From IMG/VR virus record IMGVR_UViG_3300006802_000087, positions 11,824 to 75,823 of that record: 64,000 nucleotides of DNA; one strand, written 5' to 3'. Origin of the DNA: a virus. Of the stretch, positions 20,922-32,292 are shown in pieces (position 1 is the stretch's first letter; each line of letters opens with the position of its first letter). The notes under the pieces are model-generated. The model was given only the letters and a program-made list of their open reading frames with translations, did no database searches and was not told where the DNA came from. Position numbers and translations under genes: made by a program.

Positions 20922-21719
20922 ATGTATTTAACACGCGAAGACTGCCTAGAGATCATTTCTGGCATGCAAGATTTTGAATCACGACTTAAACAACTCTTTG
21001 GAGACTTTAATTACGACTTACACGAAAACTTAGGTAGGCGCAATATGCTACTCAGTGCTGTCCAAGAAAAAGAAACAGCACGAGTTCTACGGAAAAAGTT
21101 TAAATCAGTATTGGACGACGGTACCCCTGGTAAGCCCGACGTTGTTATCTATGACATTGACAAAGAACTCGAATGTAAATTAACATCGGGCAGCAGAAGT
21201 AATGGCACAGTATCATATTCGTTCCAGACAGACTACGCAACAATACAAAACAAAGAGAAGTTAGACTACATCTTTCTTGTTGCCAATGACGACTTTACAG
21301 AATTCTGCGCACTCTTCTTTGAAGGCTTGACGGCTGATGATTATTTTCCACCCGCTAGCGGAAGTCGTGGTAAATCCCGAATGAACAAACATAACGCCAT
21401 GAAAAAAGTCAGACCACTTGTGGGGAATGTTGTTAATATCTCTGAAGAAAGAGTTGAGCAACTTTATGCAGCAATTGTAGGCAAACGCGCAGAAAAAGAG
21501 GCACGATTAAAGTCTCTACAAGAACGTTTAGAAAGTGCCTCTGATAACGCCGTCAAGTTTAAAGAAAAGACTGAACAAATCATTTTTAACGAAACAGAGC
21601 GATATGATAACGCAATTTCAAAGCTTTATGATAGCATTAGCTATTGGGCCAACAATCCAAAATACAGTCTAGAGTTTGAAAAAGTTGGTCAGGATAAAAC
21701 AACCGAAGAGGCTGCATAG
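20922..21719 (+). CDS. PD-(D/E)xK nuclease-like protein with coiled coil
   Basis: GKPDVVI..ELECKLT; own promoter at 20861. Confidence 0.6.
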   Translation: MYLTREDCLEIISGMQDFESRLKQLFGDFNYDLHENLGRRNMLLSAVQEKETARVLRKKFKSVLDDGTPGKPDVVIYDIDKELECKLTSGSRSNGTVSYSFQTDYATIQNKEKLDYIFLVANDDFTEFCALFFEGLTADDYFPPASGSRGKSRMNKHNAMKKVRPLVGNVVNISEERVEQLYAAIVGKRAEKEARLKSLQERLESASDNAVKFKEKTEQIIFNETERYDNAISKLYDSISYWANNPKYSLEFEKVGQDKTTEEAA

Positions 21720-21860
21720 TGAAAACAATTGTGAGGTATGTACAATTCGGTAATCGGTCTTATAAGGTGACTGAGACGCACTGGAGAGGACCGGGAGGTT
21801 CAATCATGATTTCTAGAAAGTCAGAACCTCTCTATACAATAGAAGACATCAAGGTAAGCA

Positions 21861-22184
21861 ATGAAATACGATCACACAGCAATAACAGTTCAAACCGAGT
21901 CACTACTGAAAAGTAATGTCAAGTGGTATTGTGATAAATACAAAGCCAAAGTCTTGCATCAAGATGATACCTGGGCATTACTTTCTGTGTGGGGAACCAA
22001 GATTGCTTTTGTTCTACCAGAACAACATCCGCCTCATATCGCATTTCGTCTAGATAGAACACAATGGGAAGAGTTTAAAGCAGAAGGAAAACAATTTAAA
22101 AAGCATAGAGACGGTAGTGAGTCATTTTACGAGAAAGATCTGTGCGGAAATTACATGGAGTTTATATTTTGGCCAAAAGAATAG
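21861..22184 (+). CDS. VOC/glyoxalase-family protein
   Basis: DHTAI, HIAF, YEKDLCGNYMEF. Confidence 0.75.
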   Translation: MKYDHTAITVQTESLLKSNVKWYCDKYKAKVLHQDDTWALLSVWGTKIAFVLPEQHPPHIAFRLDRTQWEEFKAEGKQFKKHRDGSESFYEKDLCGNYMEFIFWPKE

Positions 22185-22906
22185 AACAGATAAAAAGAGC
22201 TTGGAATAAATTCATGCTGCCTATAGATGTTGACAAAGAGAAAGATGATAAATCTTTGGCGGCATTTCTTAAAATAGTCGATGTCATGACAAATATTGGT
22301 TACGGAATATTTGCAATTGTAGCAACAATATCAATATACCTTTTTATAACTAAAGAGCTTTTATGATTAATTTATTTAAAAAAATTAAATCTCAAAGAAG
22401 AGAATATACAAAAGCTTTATTTATTATAATTGTACTTTATATTTATATATTATTAAATTTTAACAGGATGCATGTATATGAAAGTAAAAAATAAAAGACT
22501 TATTGAATTGTTTAAGATAATAAAAGAGATTAATAGTAGTGACAATATTATTAATGTTAGGGGAGGTCGAGGATATGGATTTGGACACCCGTATCCTGTC
22601 AAGAATGGCGCAAGGCCAGTACTAGGACCGGTTGACGGTGAGACAAAAGTGCAACAAGACAAGGAGCCGGTTAAAATAAGCAAGGCGTTTAAAAATAAAA
22701 AAAGGAAATAATATGTTTGACTGGTTAGAATTATACTGTCATAAAAAAGGCTATAATATTATAGATAATTGCATATACAAAAATGACACACAAATAGGCA
22801 CAATACACTTTAAAGATAAATACATACAGGTCGGAAATAACCGATTCAAACCCGGAGACTTCGCTTTGCTATTAATGGAAGACTTCGACATATTAGGAGA
22901 AGAATA

Positions 22907-23512
22907 ATGACAATTTACAGAACAGAATACGATACCCGACTTTTATATTCACAGTCATACATGGCTGATGAGAGCATGCATGTAACAACTGATATGCATG
23001 CTGTTATGTGGACATATCCAGGTGCCACTAGTCCAACAACAACGAGAGTACGCTTAACATTTATCTATAACAAAGAAGCAAAAGGTATTTCACCAGTTCA
23101 AGGTTTACTAGAACAGTGGAAGTCAGAGGGGTGGTCTGTGATGGATGAATACTGCGATGGTTATCTAGACTTTGAATCAGTAGACGACTTTCGTGCACAC
23201 TTACTGGAAATGACTAGAAGTTTTCTCTTAGGAGTTCCATTTGGCGCAGAAGTAGAGGGGGATGTATCACCTGGTCCTAAAAAGCCTTCGCCGAACAAAG
23301 AAGTAAGAATTCCAAAAATGCCTGGATTTACATCAAGAATTGATAAAATTATTAAAAAGTCAGACGAAAAGCCATCAGCTGTGAAATCTCCTGACGAGGA
23401 TGATATATATGCTAGTAGTGGTAAATCTGCTAAAGAGGATATCAAGCCTGTTGTTAAGAATGAAGATGTCAAAGATCCGAATGACGAAGATGACGACGAT
23501 GATTGGATTTAA
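22907..23512 (+). CDS. Hypothetical protein
   Basis: 201 aa ORF, GGAG RBS. Confidence 0.65.
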   Translation: MTIYRTEYDTRLLYSQSYMADESMHVTTDMHAVMWTYPGATSPTTTRVRLTFIYNKEAKGISPVQGLLEQWKSEGWSVMDEYCDGYLDFESVDDFRAHLLEMTRSFLLGVPFGAEVEGDVSPGPKKPSPNKEVRIPKMPGFTSRIDKIIKKSDEKPSAVKSPDEDDIYASSGKSAKEDIKPVVKNEDVKDPNDEDDDDDWI

Positions 23513-23526
23513 TAGGGAGTAATAAA

Positions 23527-24792
23527 ATGGGCGGAGCAGCTGGACATATGAGGCATCCGTATGACTTAGATAGAGTCAGTGACGGGCCAGGATTAATTCA
23601 AATATTTGAAGACTTAAAAAGTTATGCAATGACTTCAGCACAAGATATCAACGTTAAGATTGACGGTGTTAATGTTTCTTTTAAGTTGGTAGGTAATGAA
23701 TTCGCAGTTGACAGAGGTTCAACAAAAGAAATCGATGTGAGTGGTGTTACTCTGGCTCGTCTTCCTGAAAGATTTGGCGAGGGACACGGAATGATACCTG
23801 CTATTACAAATCTTTTAACAATACTTAACGAGGCTTTACCTAGTATCCAGCAAGAAATAAACGCACTTGGCCTCTCGTCAAACCCACACTATTTTCTAAA
23901 CACTGAATATGTATTAGGTACAACTAATGCAACTTCTTACAATAACAATTTTATTGCTATTCATGGTGTTAATGCTTTTTATGCAAAGTACAAAAATCCA
24001 ACTAAAGCAATGCTAGCAAAAAATCCAGGAATGGAGCCAATTATGCTCAGACCTGGATTGCCTCCTGCAGGATCCAGCAAATCTACAGAAGTGCAATACA
24101 ACCCTGCAGTAATGCAATCCCTCATCCAAAAACTGAAGCCTTATGCATCCCAACACGGGTTTGATGTATATGGACCGGTGCCGACAAAAATTAAGCAAGG
24201 TGTAAATATAAACTATTCTGTTGCGCTATCTACTCCTTTTGAAGTCAACATTACTGATGAGTATTCTGATATGTACGGTCAGTTCGAACATTTACAAGGG
24301 CAGCCGATTAGTAGTTGGTTATCTGAGATAGACGAAAAACCTGCAAGATATAATGCACCTACTTATGATCGATCTTATCGTACCACTGACGGCAAGCGTA
24401 TTAACCCATATCATAAGAACACTTATCTAAGAATATTAGAGAAAGCTGAGCCTGTCGACTCATTTATTGTTGCTGATGAATCGGGTGATGATGTCCGACA
24501 AGTAATTAACGGGGCGGTAATGTTACATGCAACACGACTTTTAGGGAATGCTTTTCTGGCAGGTTTAACGTCTGATATTGGTGACATGGTAAGTGATGAA
24601 GCTAATCATGAGGGAGTCGTAATTAGAGATGATCAATTCTCTCCTTACCCGTTTAAGATAACAGGAGAGTTTATTGTAACAGGTATGTATGGTGTCATTG
24701 CACAGAAGATGCAACAAAATGAATCTATAATAAGAAAAATGGTGCGACAAAAAATTCGACGCACCTTGTTAGAATCAATAAGAAGATACTAA
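23527..24792 (+). CDS. Ligase-superfamily nucleotidyltransferase-like protein
   Basis: MGGAAGHMRHPYD, KIDG, EGVVIR, FKITG; C-terminal leader-like helix ESIIRKMVRQKIRRTLLE. Confidence 0.55.
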   Translation: MGGAAGHMRHPYDLDRVSDGPGLIQIFEDLKSYAMTSAQDINVKIDGVNVSFKLVGNEFAVDRGSTKEIDVSGVTLARLPERFGEGHGMIPAITNLLTILNEALPSIQQEINALGLSSNPHYFLNTEYVLGTTNATSYNNNFIAIHGVNAFYAKYKNPTKAMLAKNPGMEPIMLRPGLPPAGSSKSTEVQYNPAVMQSLIQKLKPYASQHGFDVYGPVPTKIKQGVNINYSVALSTPFEVNITDEYSDMYGQFEHLQGQPISSWLSEIDEKPARYNAPTYDRSYRTTDGKRINPYHKNTYLRILEKAEPVDSFIVADESGDDVRQVINGAVMLHATRLLGNAFLAGLTSDIGDMVSDEANHEGVVIRDDQFSPYPFKITGEFIVTGMYGVIAQKMQQNESIIRKMVRQKIRRTLLESIRRY

Positions 24793-24796
24793 TTAA

Positions 24797-25468
24797 TCAT
24801 TCGAGATGTTTCATAGCGACAGGCCACAAGTCAGTCGCTATTTTTTTGCACGCCTCAGCGACATCCCTGATCTCTTTTTGTGCGCCATCATGTGTTCTTA
24901 GCTTGATAAACTTAATCAAATTATTTAGATTTGTAGTACCATAATACTCAGTGTAGAGATTTTGAGGTAATACACCGCGGGCTTGTTCTCTGCAGACGCC
25001 TGCCTCAATAAGCCTATTAAAAAGATCCAAGCTTTTTACATGATGTCTTTGAATTTCTTGGCTAGCAGTTGTTTTATCAAAAGCCATCTCCGGATTAATT
25101 AATTGTTCTTCATTAGACGCTTGACGATTTGATTTATGTTGCGTTCTAAATTGCTGGGGCTCATAAAACTGTAGATTTAATTCTGTGTATCTTCGACTGA
25201 TTTCGTTGTAAGACCATGTTCGATGACGATGGTGCTGAGAGCGAATGAAGAGAGGAACACAAAACCTAAAAGTAACAACATTATGCTCCAGCGTGCTCGT
25301 GTGCTGATGTTTGATAAGATATCTGATAAGCTTTTCGTCTCTTTCATCTATTTCCTCTTTTTGTTTTCCGAAACTAACACGGGCAGAATTGACAATTGTA
25401 AGGTCGTCACCCATGTGTTGAATATATTCAACACAACCAATGTTATCATCATATAGATTAATTTTCAT
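24797..25468 (-). CDS. thyX: Flavin-dependent thymidylate synthase
   Basis: SARVS, RHRTWSYNEISRRY, EQARGVLPQ, HDGAQKEIR. Confidence 0.95.
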   Translation of the reverse strand: MKINLYDDNIGCVEYIQHMGDDLTIVNSARVSFGKQKEEIDERDEKLIRYLIKHQHTSTLEHNVVTFRFCVPLFIRSQHHRHRTWSYNEISRRYTELNLQFYEPQQFRTQHKSNRQASNEEQLINPEMAFDKTTASQEIQRHHVKSLDLFNRLIEAGVCREQARGVLPQNLYTEYYGTTNLNNLIKFIKLRTHDGAQKEIRDVAEACKKIATDLWPVAMKHLE

Positions 25469-25554
25469 ATTTACTCCGATATTAAATTAAAGATAATTTT
25501 AACATGTTTAACTTTAATTTATAATTGTATTTTAAAGATTTAAAGGAGAAAAAC

Positions 25555-26478
25555 ATGTTAAGATATATCTTGATATTTTTAATAGGGTGCACAACAGACG
25601 TATCAATATCAAAAACCTACAAAAGTAGTGACGATACAAGCATCGCAAGAGATGACACTACTACATCAACAGAGACTGCTAATGATCCCAAGGATACTGG
25701 AGAAAGTACTTTAAGTCAAGATTTAAGTAATACTGTTGCCTATGTTGAAATGGGTCTTATGCAAGCATCCTGTCCTTATTGTATGGGTTTGCAGCAAGAG
25801 ATTAATATAACAGCCAAGGCAAGGTTTCATCAGCCTACAACTGGTGAACATACTTCTTGGCTCCCGTCACAGAGCGGATGTCGAGACTATTACGCTTCAT
25901 CTGTAACTAGTCCAAATATCAACGCTAATGGAATTGTAACATTAATCAATGATTTTGGTGATAGCGTTCAACTCCAACAATCAGCCGATCAAACCGGTGT
26001 AATATATGAAAGCAATTTCTTTCTTGAATCTAATTTTAGAAGAAACTCATATCATACACTTAAAGTTAATAATAAAACAGCACAGGATGTAATTCAGACA
26101 CTTAGAGGTTTTGACTATGTTGAACCATATACAATGCTCTATGTTGATCCTAGCTATGCTTTCCAAGCACCCATCAATCGATACGGAAACAACTTATTTA
26201 CTTGGGGTCCCAGTGGTGACAACAATAGTTTTTTTACAATTCACATTTCAGTCTACAGCTATGATGGAAGCCAGTATTATGGAACAGTTATTTGCAGATC
26301 AGAAGACGTGGGATCGATGTCAATCCCGGGATCTTATTTTCAACAATATCAGCAAGGAAGTCTAGTATCAATTCATCTTATGCGCCACAGAATATTTAAA
26401 AAAGAATATGAAGACTTTTACGGAACGATTGAAGGTTATAGTTGGTGGGAAGTTATTGGAACGGGTTATATTCAATAG
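25555..26478 (+). CDS. Lipoprotein
   Basis: MLRYILIFLIGC lipobox-like start behind GGAG; D/T/S-rich linker. Confidence 0.65.
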   Translation: MLRYILIFLIGCTTDVSISKTYKSSDDTSIARDDTTTSTETANDPKDTGESTLSQDLSNTVAYVEMGLMQASCPYCMGLQQEINITAKARFHQPTTGEHTSWLPSQSGCRDYYASSVTSPNINANGIVTLINDFGDSVQLQQSADQTGVIYESNFFLESNFRRNSYHTLKVNNKTAQDVIQTLRGFDYVEPYTMLYVDPSYAFQAPINRYGNNLFTWGPSGDNNSFFTIHISVYSYDGSQYYGTVICRSEDVGSMSIPGSYFQQYQQGSLVSIHLMRHRIFKKEYEDFYGTIEGYSWWEVIGTGYIQ

Positions 26479-26524
26479 GAATTTATATTTTCTTAAAGAT
26501 ATATAATTATACGACAGAGGCTCT

Positions 26525-27040
26525 ATGAGAATATCTAGGAAAAATCTTAAAAATTTAATTGAAACATATCTTTACGAGCAGGAAGAAGACGCTGAAGAGT
26601 TGGAGGCTGATGCTGAAGTTGAAGAAGAACCGGAAGAGTCCGAAGACACTGAAGAAACTGATGCTGAAGAAACTGATGCTGAAGTTGAAGAAGAACCGGA
26701 AGAAGAATTCAAGCCTGTCAAAGGGATACAAATTGAAATTGATGGTAGAGTTCGAACTATAGATTTTATCTTAGATAAAGGGTCGAAAGAATTAAACTAT
26801 AAAGTTGACGGTCAGACTGTACCGAACAAAGACATGTCTTCTTTTGTATCTTTAGCTGCTCTAGGATTAATGCAAACTAAAGATAAAAATAAACAAGACA
26901 ATCTTTTAAAAATAATGAAGTTAAATAAAGAATTTAGTTCAGCATCTATTGAAAGAGCAAAGCAGATGATTAAACAAAAATTAGATACAGAAAGGCTAGG
27001 TTTTGGAATTAAAGATATTAAAAAAGCATTAGGCGACTAA
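26525..27040 (+). CDS. MKIT-leader acidic protein with internal duplication
   Basis: MRISRKNLKNLIE; DAEVEEEPEE twice; ATAATTA at 26503. Confidence 0.7.
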   Translation: MRISRKNLKNLIETYLYEQEEDAEELEADAEVEEEPEESEDTEETDAEETDAEVEEEPEEEFKPVKGIQIEIDGRVRTIDFILDKGSKELNYKVDGQTVPNKDMSSFVSLAALGLMQTKDKNKQDNLLKIMKLNKEFSSASIERAKQMIKQKLDTERLGFGIKDIKKALGD

Positions 27041-27566
27041 GGATTAAAGTGTGCCTCCTATTAGAAAACTCACATTAAATGATTTGTTTAATTTAAAAAG
27101 AAGAGAGACTAAAAAAAAAGTTGAGGCAAATCCTGGCGATTTAATTAAAATTTACATAGACAATCAGGAAATAATAGTAATTGTTATTTCAATGGATGAA
27201 AATTCTTTAGAGGTCAATGATCCTAGCGGTAAAATAAAATGGATATCTAGATTTGTAAAGTATAAAAAAATTTAGTATTATATGTTCAACATTAAGAGGT
27301 TGAACAAAACATGACCAAATCAAAAGATAAAGAATTAAAAAAACTTGATGCTTATAAACCCGGTGATTTCTGCTATTATCTAGACAATTATAATAAAATA
27401 TCTTTTGCTGAAATTAAACATGTCAGACAGACTGATTCAGGTGAATATTACTATGAAGTAATCGATCAAAAACAGTATAGATTTATAACTGTTGAACATC
27501 GATATTGTGCTGATGAAGAAAAATTACTTAAAAAGAAAAAGAGGTCAGATCTGCAAGGAGAGTATA

Positions 27567-27971
27567 ATGGAAAATAATGACATAAATATAGGTAAAATAA
27601 TAGGTGAATCGATAGTCGATGTCCTTCGTCACAAGGTTAAGCAAGAAAATATTGCTGATGTAGTAAAAGAAAAATTAGACGATGCAATCAAGCATCGTAG
27701 TGATATCATTAAAGAGACAACGGAAAAGTTTTCTGAAACGTTTAAAAAACTTGCTAAAGACGAAGAAATAAATCATCCTTCGCACTACGGTGGAGATACT
27801 ACTTATGAAGTGATTAAAGTGCTTGAAGCATGGGAATTAGGTTTCCACCTAGGTAACGTTATAAAATATGTAGTCAGAGCAAACAAAAAAGATCCTAAAA
27901 AAGAATTACAAGATCTAAGAAAAGCGCAATGGTACTTAGAAAGATATATTGAAAGTAAAATTGTAAAGTAA
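27567..27971 (+). CDS. DUF3310-like protein
   Basis: INHPSHY, GNVIKYVVRA, DLRKAQWYL. Confidence 0.8.
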   Translation: MENNDINIGKIIGESIVDVLRHKVKQENIADVVKEKLDDAIKHRSDIIKETTEKFSETFKKLAKDEEINHPSHYGGDTTYEVIKVLEAWELGFHLGNVIKYVVRANKKDPKKELQDLRKAQWYLERYIESKIVK

Positions 27972-28022
27972 AATGTAACACTTTATTATGGTGTATATAA
28001 TAAAAAAGTCAATGGAGGAACA

Positions 28023-28253
28023 ATGACAGACGAACTTAAAAAATTTATTGATAAATATAAGGCTATCGAAAACGAAATCAAGTCTTTACAAGAAGATAAA
28101 AAGATTCTGATTGAAGATCTTAAAGATAATCATGGTATTTCACCTAAGGTCATTCGAAAAGCGATACAAGTTGCAAAAATTCGAACAGGAATGGGCGATG
28201 AAATTGTTCAACTTGACAATATCGTAGAACAATTAGAAGGGAGCATTGTATGA
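28023..28253 (+). CDS. GapR/DUF2312/T4 DsbA-like dsDNA-binding protein
   Basis: LKKFIDKYKAIENE..EDKK..PKVIRKAI pattern; promoter at 27973. Confidence 0.6.
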   Translation: MTDELKKFIDKYKAIENEIKSLQEDKKILIEDLKDNHGISPKVIRKAIQVAKIRTGMGDEIVQLDNIVEQLEGSIV

Positions 28254-28736
28254 TTGAATCATCACGTGAGGTAACTGTGAAAGGTTACGCAAATAAAAAA
28301 CACAAATTCTCTATTGAACGTACTAAAGTCGGCGGTCATGAGAGTGTTCATGTTAAAAAGAACGGAAATATTGTTGTGACATGCACACCAAAAGAATTTA
28401 TCAAACTTAAAATATTATTTTGTGAGGACTAAAAATGTCAAAATGGAAAGAGATTAATCGATATAGAATAGGCAACACTGAAGGGAAAACAGAAGAAATC
28501 CTCCTAGAAAAAGATAGTGAAGGTAATTTTAGAGTAATCAACGATTATGGAAATAAATCTTTTGAATTTGAGAGAATGTCAGGACATGAATTTTTTAGAA
28601 AGGTTGATAGAGATATTTCCGAAGATTTAGAACGAGAATTTAACCATATTTGGAACACAGATGTTGAAGAACCAACTGTCTATGACGACAATAACAATAA
28701 TTGCATAGGCGATATTCCAGGAGACGAGGATTAATT

Positions 28737-29312
28737 ATGGGAAACTTTACAACAGCGAAGGCAGTTACTTTTTTAGATATTGAAACAACACATTTAGACC
28801 CTAAAAAGTCTACAGTCTTAGAAATATCATTTATTACTGATTGGGAAGATGGAAATACAGATACTTGGACAACAAAGATCAAACCCAAGCCTATTGAATT
28901 AGAGTTTGCTTCGAAGGAAGCACTCGAAATATGCGGATATACCGACGAGGAATGGGAAGATGCACCGTCATTTGAAGAAGTTGCTGATACAATTGCAAAT
29001 AAACTAAGATTTGGCCCACTTGTCGCACACAATATTGATTTTGATATTAGTCACCTCACAGCTGTCTTTGAAAGATACGGTTACAAAAGGTGGACTCGAG
29101 AAGCTAAAGAAGGTGACAAAACTTATAGCTTTGGCTATCCTAAGATCGATACTTGTGCATTGTCATACCTATTCCTTCCGACAGATCGACAAAACTTAGA
29201 CTCACTGAGAGAGCATTTTGATATATCAAAAGATGGAGCTCATACTGCAGCAAAAGATGTGGAAGACTGTCGAACAGTATTTTATAATATTATCTCTGAA
29301 ACAACCAAATAG
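28737..29312 (+). CDS. DEDDh 3'-5' exonuclease
   Basis: DIETT, AHNIDFD, IDT, HTAAKD. Confidence 0.9.
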   Translation: MGNFTTAKAVTFLDIETTHLDPKKSTVLEISFITDWEDGNTDTWTTKIKPKPIELEFASKEALEICGYTDEEWEDAPSFEEVADTIANKLRFGPLVAHNIDFDISHLTAVFERYGYKRWTREAKEGDKTYSFGYPKIDTCALSYLFLPTDRQNLDSLREHFDISKDGAHTAAKDVEDCRTVFYNIISETTK

Positions 29313-29326
29313 TCTAGGAGATTTCA

Positions 29327-30574
29327 ATGTTAGTGACTGATAGAGTTTTAGACATGCTTGACGCAATATCAAGCGCAAAAGGCACGAATGCCAAAAAAGA
29401 ATTACTTGAATTATATTTGGATCACTACCTTTTCCAAAGATTGATTAAATATACATTTGACCCATATCGATCTTTTCATGTGGTAAAAGTTCCAAAAGTA
29501 AAGAAAGAAAATAGAAAGCCGATCAATCCACAACTGGCCTGGGAAAACTTTTTAACAAATGCAGACGCTTGCTCTAGACGAGAAGTAACAGGAAACGCTG
29601 CAATTAACTTAATGCACCACACATTTATGCACAGTAGCGAGCAACAAGAAAAATGGATGCGAAAAATCTTGAAGAAAAATCTAGCTATCGGAGTTTCTAC
29701 AAAGACAATCAACAAGGTTTTACCGGGACTTATCCCGACTTTTGATGTTGCACTTGCACAAAAGTTTGAATATAAACGAATGAGTCAATGGGTTTATGTC
29801 GAGCCGAAACTAGACGGCATTCGTTGTCTAGCAGTAGTAGATGGTGAAGATGTAAAGCTCTTCACACGAGCCGGTAAACTCATTACAAACTTTGACGACA
29901 CTGTCGGAAAAGAACTGGCCCGATTACCTTCTGGCGCTTACGATGGTGAAATTATGAGCAATGATTTTACAGATCTGATGCGCCAGGTTTATCGAAAAGA
30001 AAACAAAGATGTAAGTGATGTATACTTTGCAATCTTTGATTATTTGACGCCAGAAGAGTGGCGAAAAAAAGGAACGACAAATTCGCTAAAAACTAGAAAA
30101 AATATTTTGAAGTCCTTTATAAACTCAGCCCATAAATCAGAAAACTTAAAATACTTAAAGCAAGTTAGGTATGTACTCTTTCCAGATCCCACAGAAGCTC
30201 AGCTTAAAAGTGAACATGACAGAAGGGTTGAACAGGGTTATGAAGGTATCATGATCAAAGATACTGATGCACAATATTGTTTTGGTAGAGACTGGTCAGT
30301 AATGAAATACAAAGCATTTTTTGATGCTGATGTTAAAGTTATTGGTTTGCAGGAAGGCACAGGAAAACACCAGGGAAAACTAGGCAGTTTCTTGGTAGAT
30401 TATAAAGGTGTAGAAGTTAACGTAGGTTCTGGATTAAATGATGAACTGAGAGAACAAATCTGGAATGATCAAAACAATATTATTGGTAGAACAATAGAAG
30501 TGAGATACCAAGAAGAAACACCTGACGGTTCTTTGCGATTTCCAACATTTGTATGTTTTAGGAATGATAAATGA
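29327..30574 (+). CDS. ATP-dependent DNA ligase
   Basis: EPKLDGIR, DGEI, FD, EGIMIK, SLRFP. Confidence 0.95.
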   Translation: MLVTDRVLDMLDAISSAKGTNAKKELLELYLDHYLFQRLIKYTFDPYRSFHVVKVPKVKKENRKPINPQLAWENFLTNADACSRREVTGNAAINLMHHTFMHSSEQQEKWMRKILKKNLAIGVSTKTINKVLPGLIPTFDVALAQKFEYKRMSQWVYVEPKLDGIRCLAVVDGEDVKLFTRAGKLITNFDDTVGKELARLPSGAYDGEIMSNDFTDLMRQVYRKENKDVSDVYFAIFDYLTPEEWRKKGTTNSLKTRKNILKSFINSAHKSENLKYLKQVRYVLFPDPTEAQLKSEHDRRVEQGYEGIMIKDTDAQYCFGRDWSVMKYKAFFDADVKVIGLQEGTGKHQGKLGSFLVDYKGVEVNVGSGLNDELREQIWNDQNNIIGRTIEVRYQEETPDGSLRFPTFVCFRNDK

Positions 30575-31052
30575 CAATACAGGACGCAATTAAGCATGTA
30601 GAGAATAATAAGGCAGTCAATCGATTTACTTATATAATTCCTAGAAACAATCAAGATCCTTTTAGAAAAGACGAATTAATGACAATAGAGTCTATTAATG
30701 AAAATCAAATATCTATAAGAAGACATGCTGACTGGTACGTGTATTCAATCAAAGCTGATTTAATAAAACACTTTAAGCTAATATGAATAATCAAATTATC
30801 AAAGGGAACCTTGTCAAGATAATATCAAACATAACTCTTCGAGGAGAATTTGGGATTGTTGTTTCTGTCTCTGGTAGAAGGCAAGGATATGCACACAATA
30901 CTAAATATATTAATCAGTATTGGGTTACTGGAAGTTTCGGTACACTTGTTCTATATTCTCCTGATATTGCAAAATTAAATTAAAACAACACAAAAGTGTA
31001 AAGCCACACATACTATGTTATACTATATTAAACCTAATACAAAGGAGAAGGT

Positions 31053-31496
31053 ATGGATGAAAAAGCCAAAAAAGACTTCGTCAAATACACGACGGAAGGT
31101 TTCCCAATCAAACTCAACGACAATCAAGTTGATGAATTCTTAGGTCTTTACATAAACTACGTAAATCAATCAGATAATAACTTTTTTGCAGAAGCTATCC
31201 CAGGCGGAGCATTAATGCATGCAGGTATGAGAACTGAAGTATGTAAAATCATGTATGACTTTGTCAATAGCAAAATCATTGTCTTGACTAGTCTTGTTAA
31301 TGAAGACCGGTTTGAAGAGGGAGAATTCTCTGAATTCGAGAATAAACAAATACTCGGTATGGCTTGTATGGGCCTCTTTACTTTTTGCAAGACATTTAAA
31401 GAAATGATCATGGAAAACGTTTTTAACAAACAAGACGCCTTGCCTACTGAAAAGATTATTTCAAATAATACTAAATATACACCCTGGTCTCTATGA
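31053..31496 (+). CDS. Hypothetical protein
   Basis: Promoter at 30996, AGGAG RBS. Confidence 0.65.
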   Translation: MDEKAKKDFVKYTTEGFPIKLNDNQVDEFLGLYINYVNQSDNNFFAEAIPGGALMHAGMRTEVCKIMYDFVNSKIIVLTSLVNEDRFEEGEFSEFENKQILGMACMGLFTFCKTFKEMIMENVFNKQDALPTEKIISNNTKYTPWSL

Positions 31497-31503
31497 GGAT
31501 AAC

Positions 31504-32088
31504 ATGTCATTTTATAATGAAGTCATTATTGATAAAGACGATATCGTCTTTTGCAACACAAAAACAAAAGGAAAACATTTTATAGAGAAGGCTGAACCCG
31601 GATCTCATTATTTGGTAACGTCAGTTTATACAAATAATTTCGGTACAAAAAAATATTTTTTGGTCGACAGCGGGTCTAATGAAAGGTTCTCAACCGAATC
31701 ATGTTTGCAAAAGGTGACGTCACTTTTAAAAGAAAAAATTGCTAAATCAGATATCGAGAAAAACTTAATTGCAAAGTTTAAGACAGCAAAAATAGGATGG
31801 CAAGACAAAACATATGTACCTGTTTTTGGTTCACATATTTATGACTATTCAGGTCACCCAGTTCTAACATCTAGAGATCACCAAGCTGTACTTATCCAAA
31901 AGATGGATGGGGAAAAAATCTGGGTAGGCAAATCAATGGTTCATTGCAACGACATTAAATTGCTGATGTCATCTTCTCTACCTCCCGATATTGAAAAGAA
32001 AGGTGATCGATCTGAGACAATTACATTTCGTGTACCTACTTGGTTTGCTGATAAAAAAGGATTTATTGGATTCGATGGATCAGAATAA
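31504..32088 (+). CDS. Hypothetical protein
   Basis: C-terminal IWVGKS..VPTWFADKKG resembles end of 56591..57187. Confidence 0.6.
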   Translation: MSFYNEVIIDKDDIVFCNTKTKGKHFIEKAEPGSHYLVTSVYTNNFGTKKYFLVDSGSNERFSTESCLQKVTSLLKEKIAKSDIEKNLIAKFKTAKIGWQDKTYVPVFGSHIYDYSGHPVLTSRDHQAVLIQKMDGEKIWVGKSMVHCNDIKLLMSSSLPPDIEKKGDRSETITFRVPTWFADKKGFIGFDGSE

Positions 32089-32292
32089 ATGGGAAGACTT
32101 AGTGATTAGGCTAGTTAATTCTCTAAGAAGAAGAGAAGATATTATAGAATTAATATGTAAAAACTATCCAAGTCATAGTAAGATTGAAATAATTAATAAC
32201 GTCGATAAGGCAATTGAAAATTTGATTAACGAAGGTAAAATTCATATCAAATCTAACCTTCGTATTATTGACTTAACCAGATAGGAGATCTC

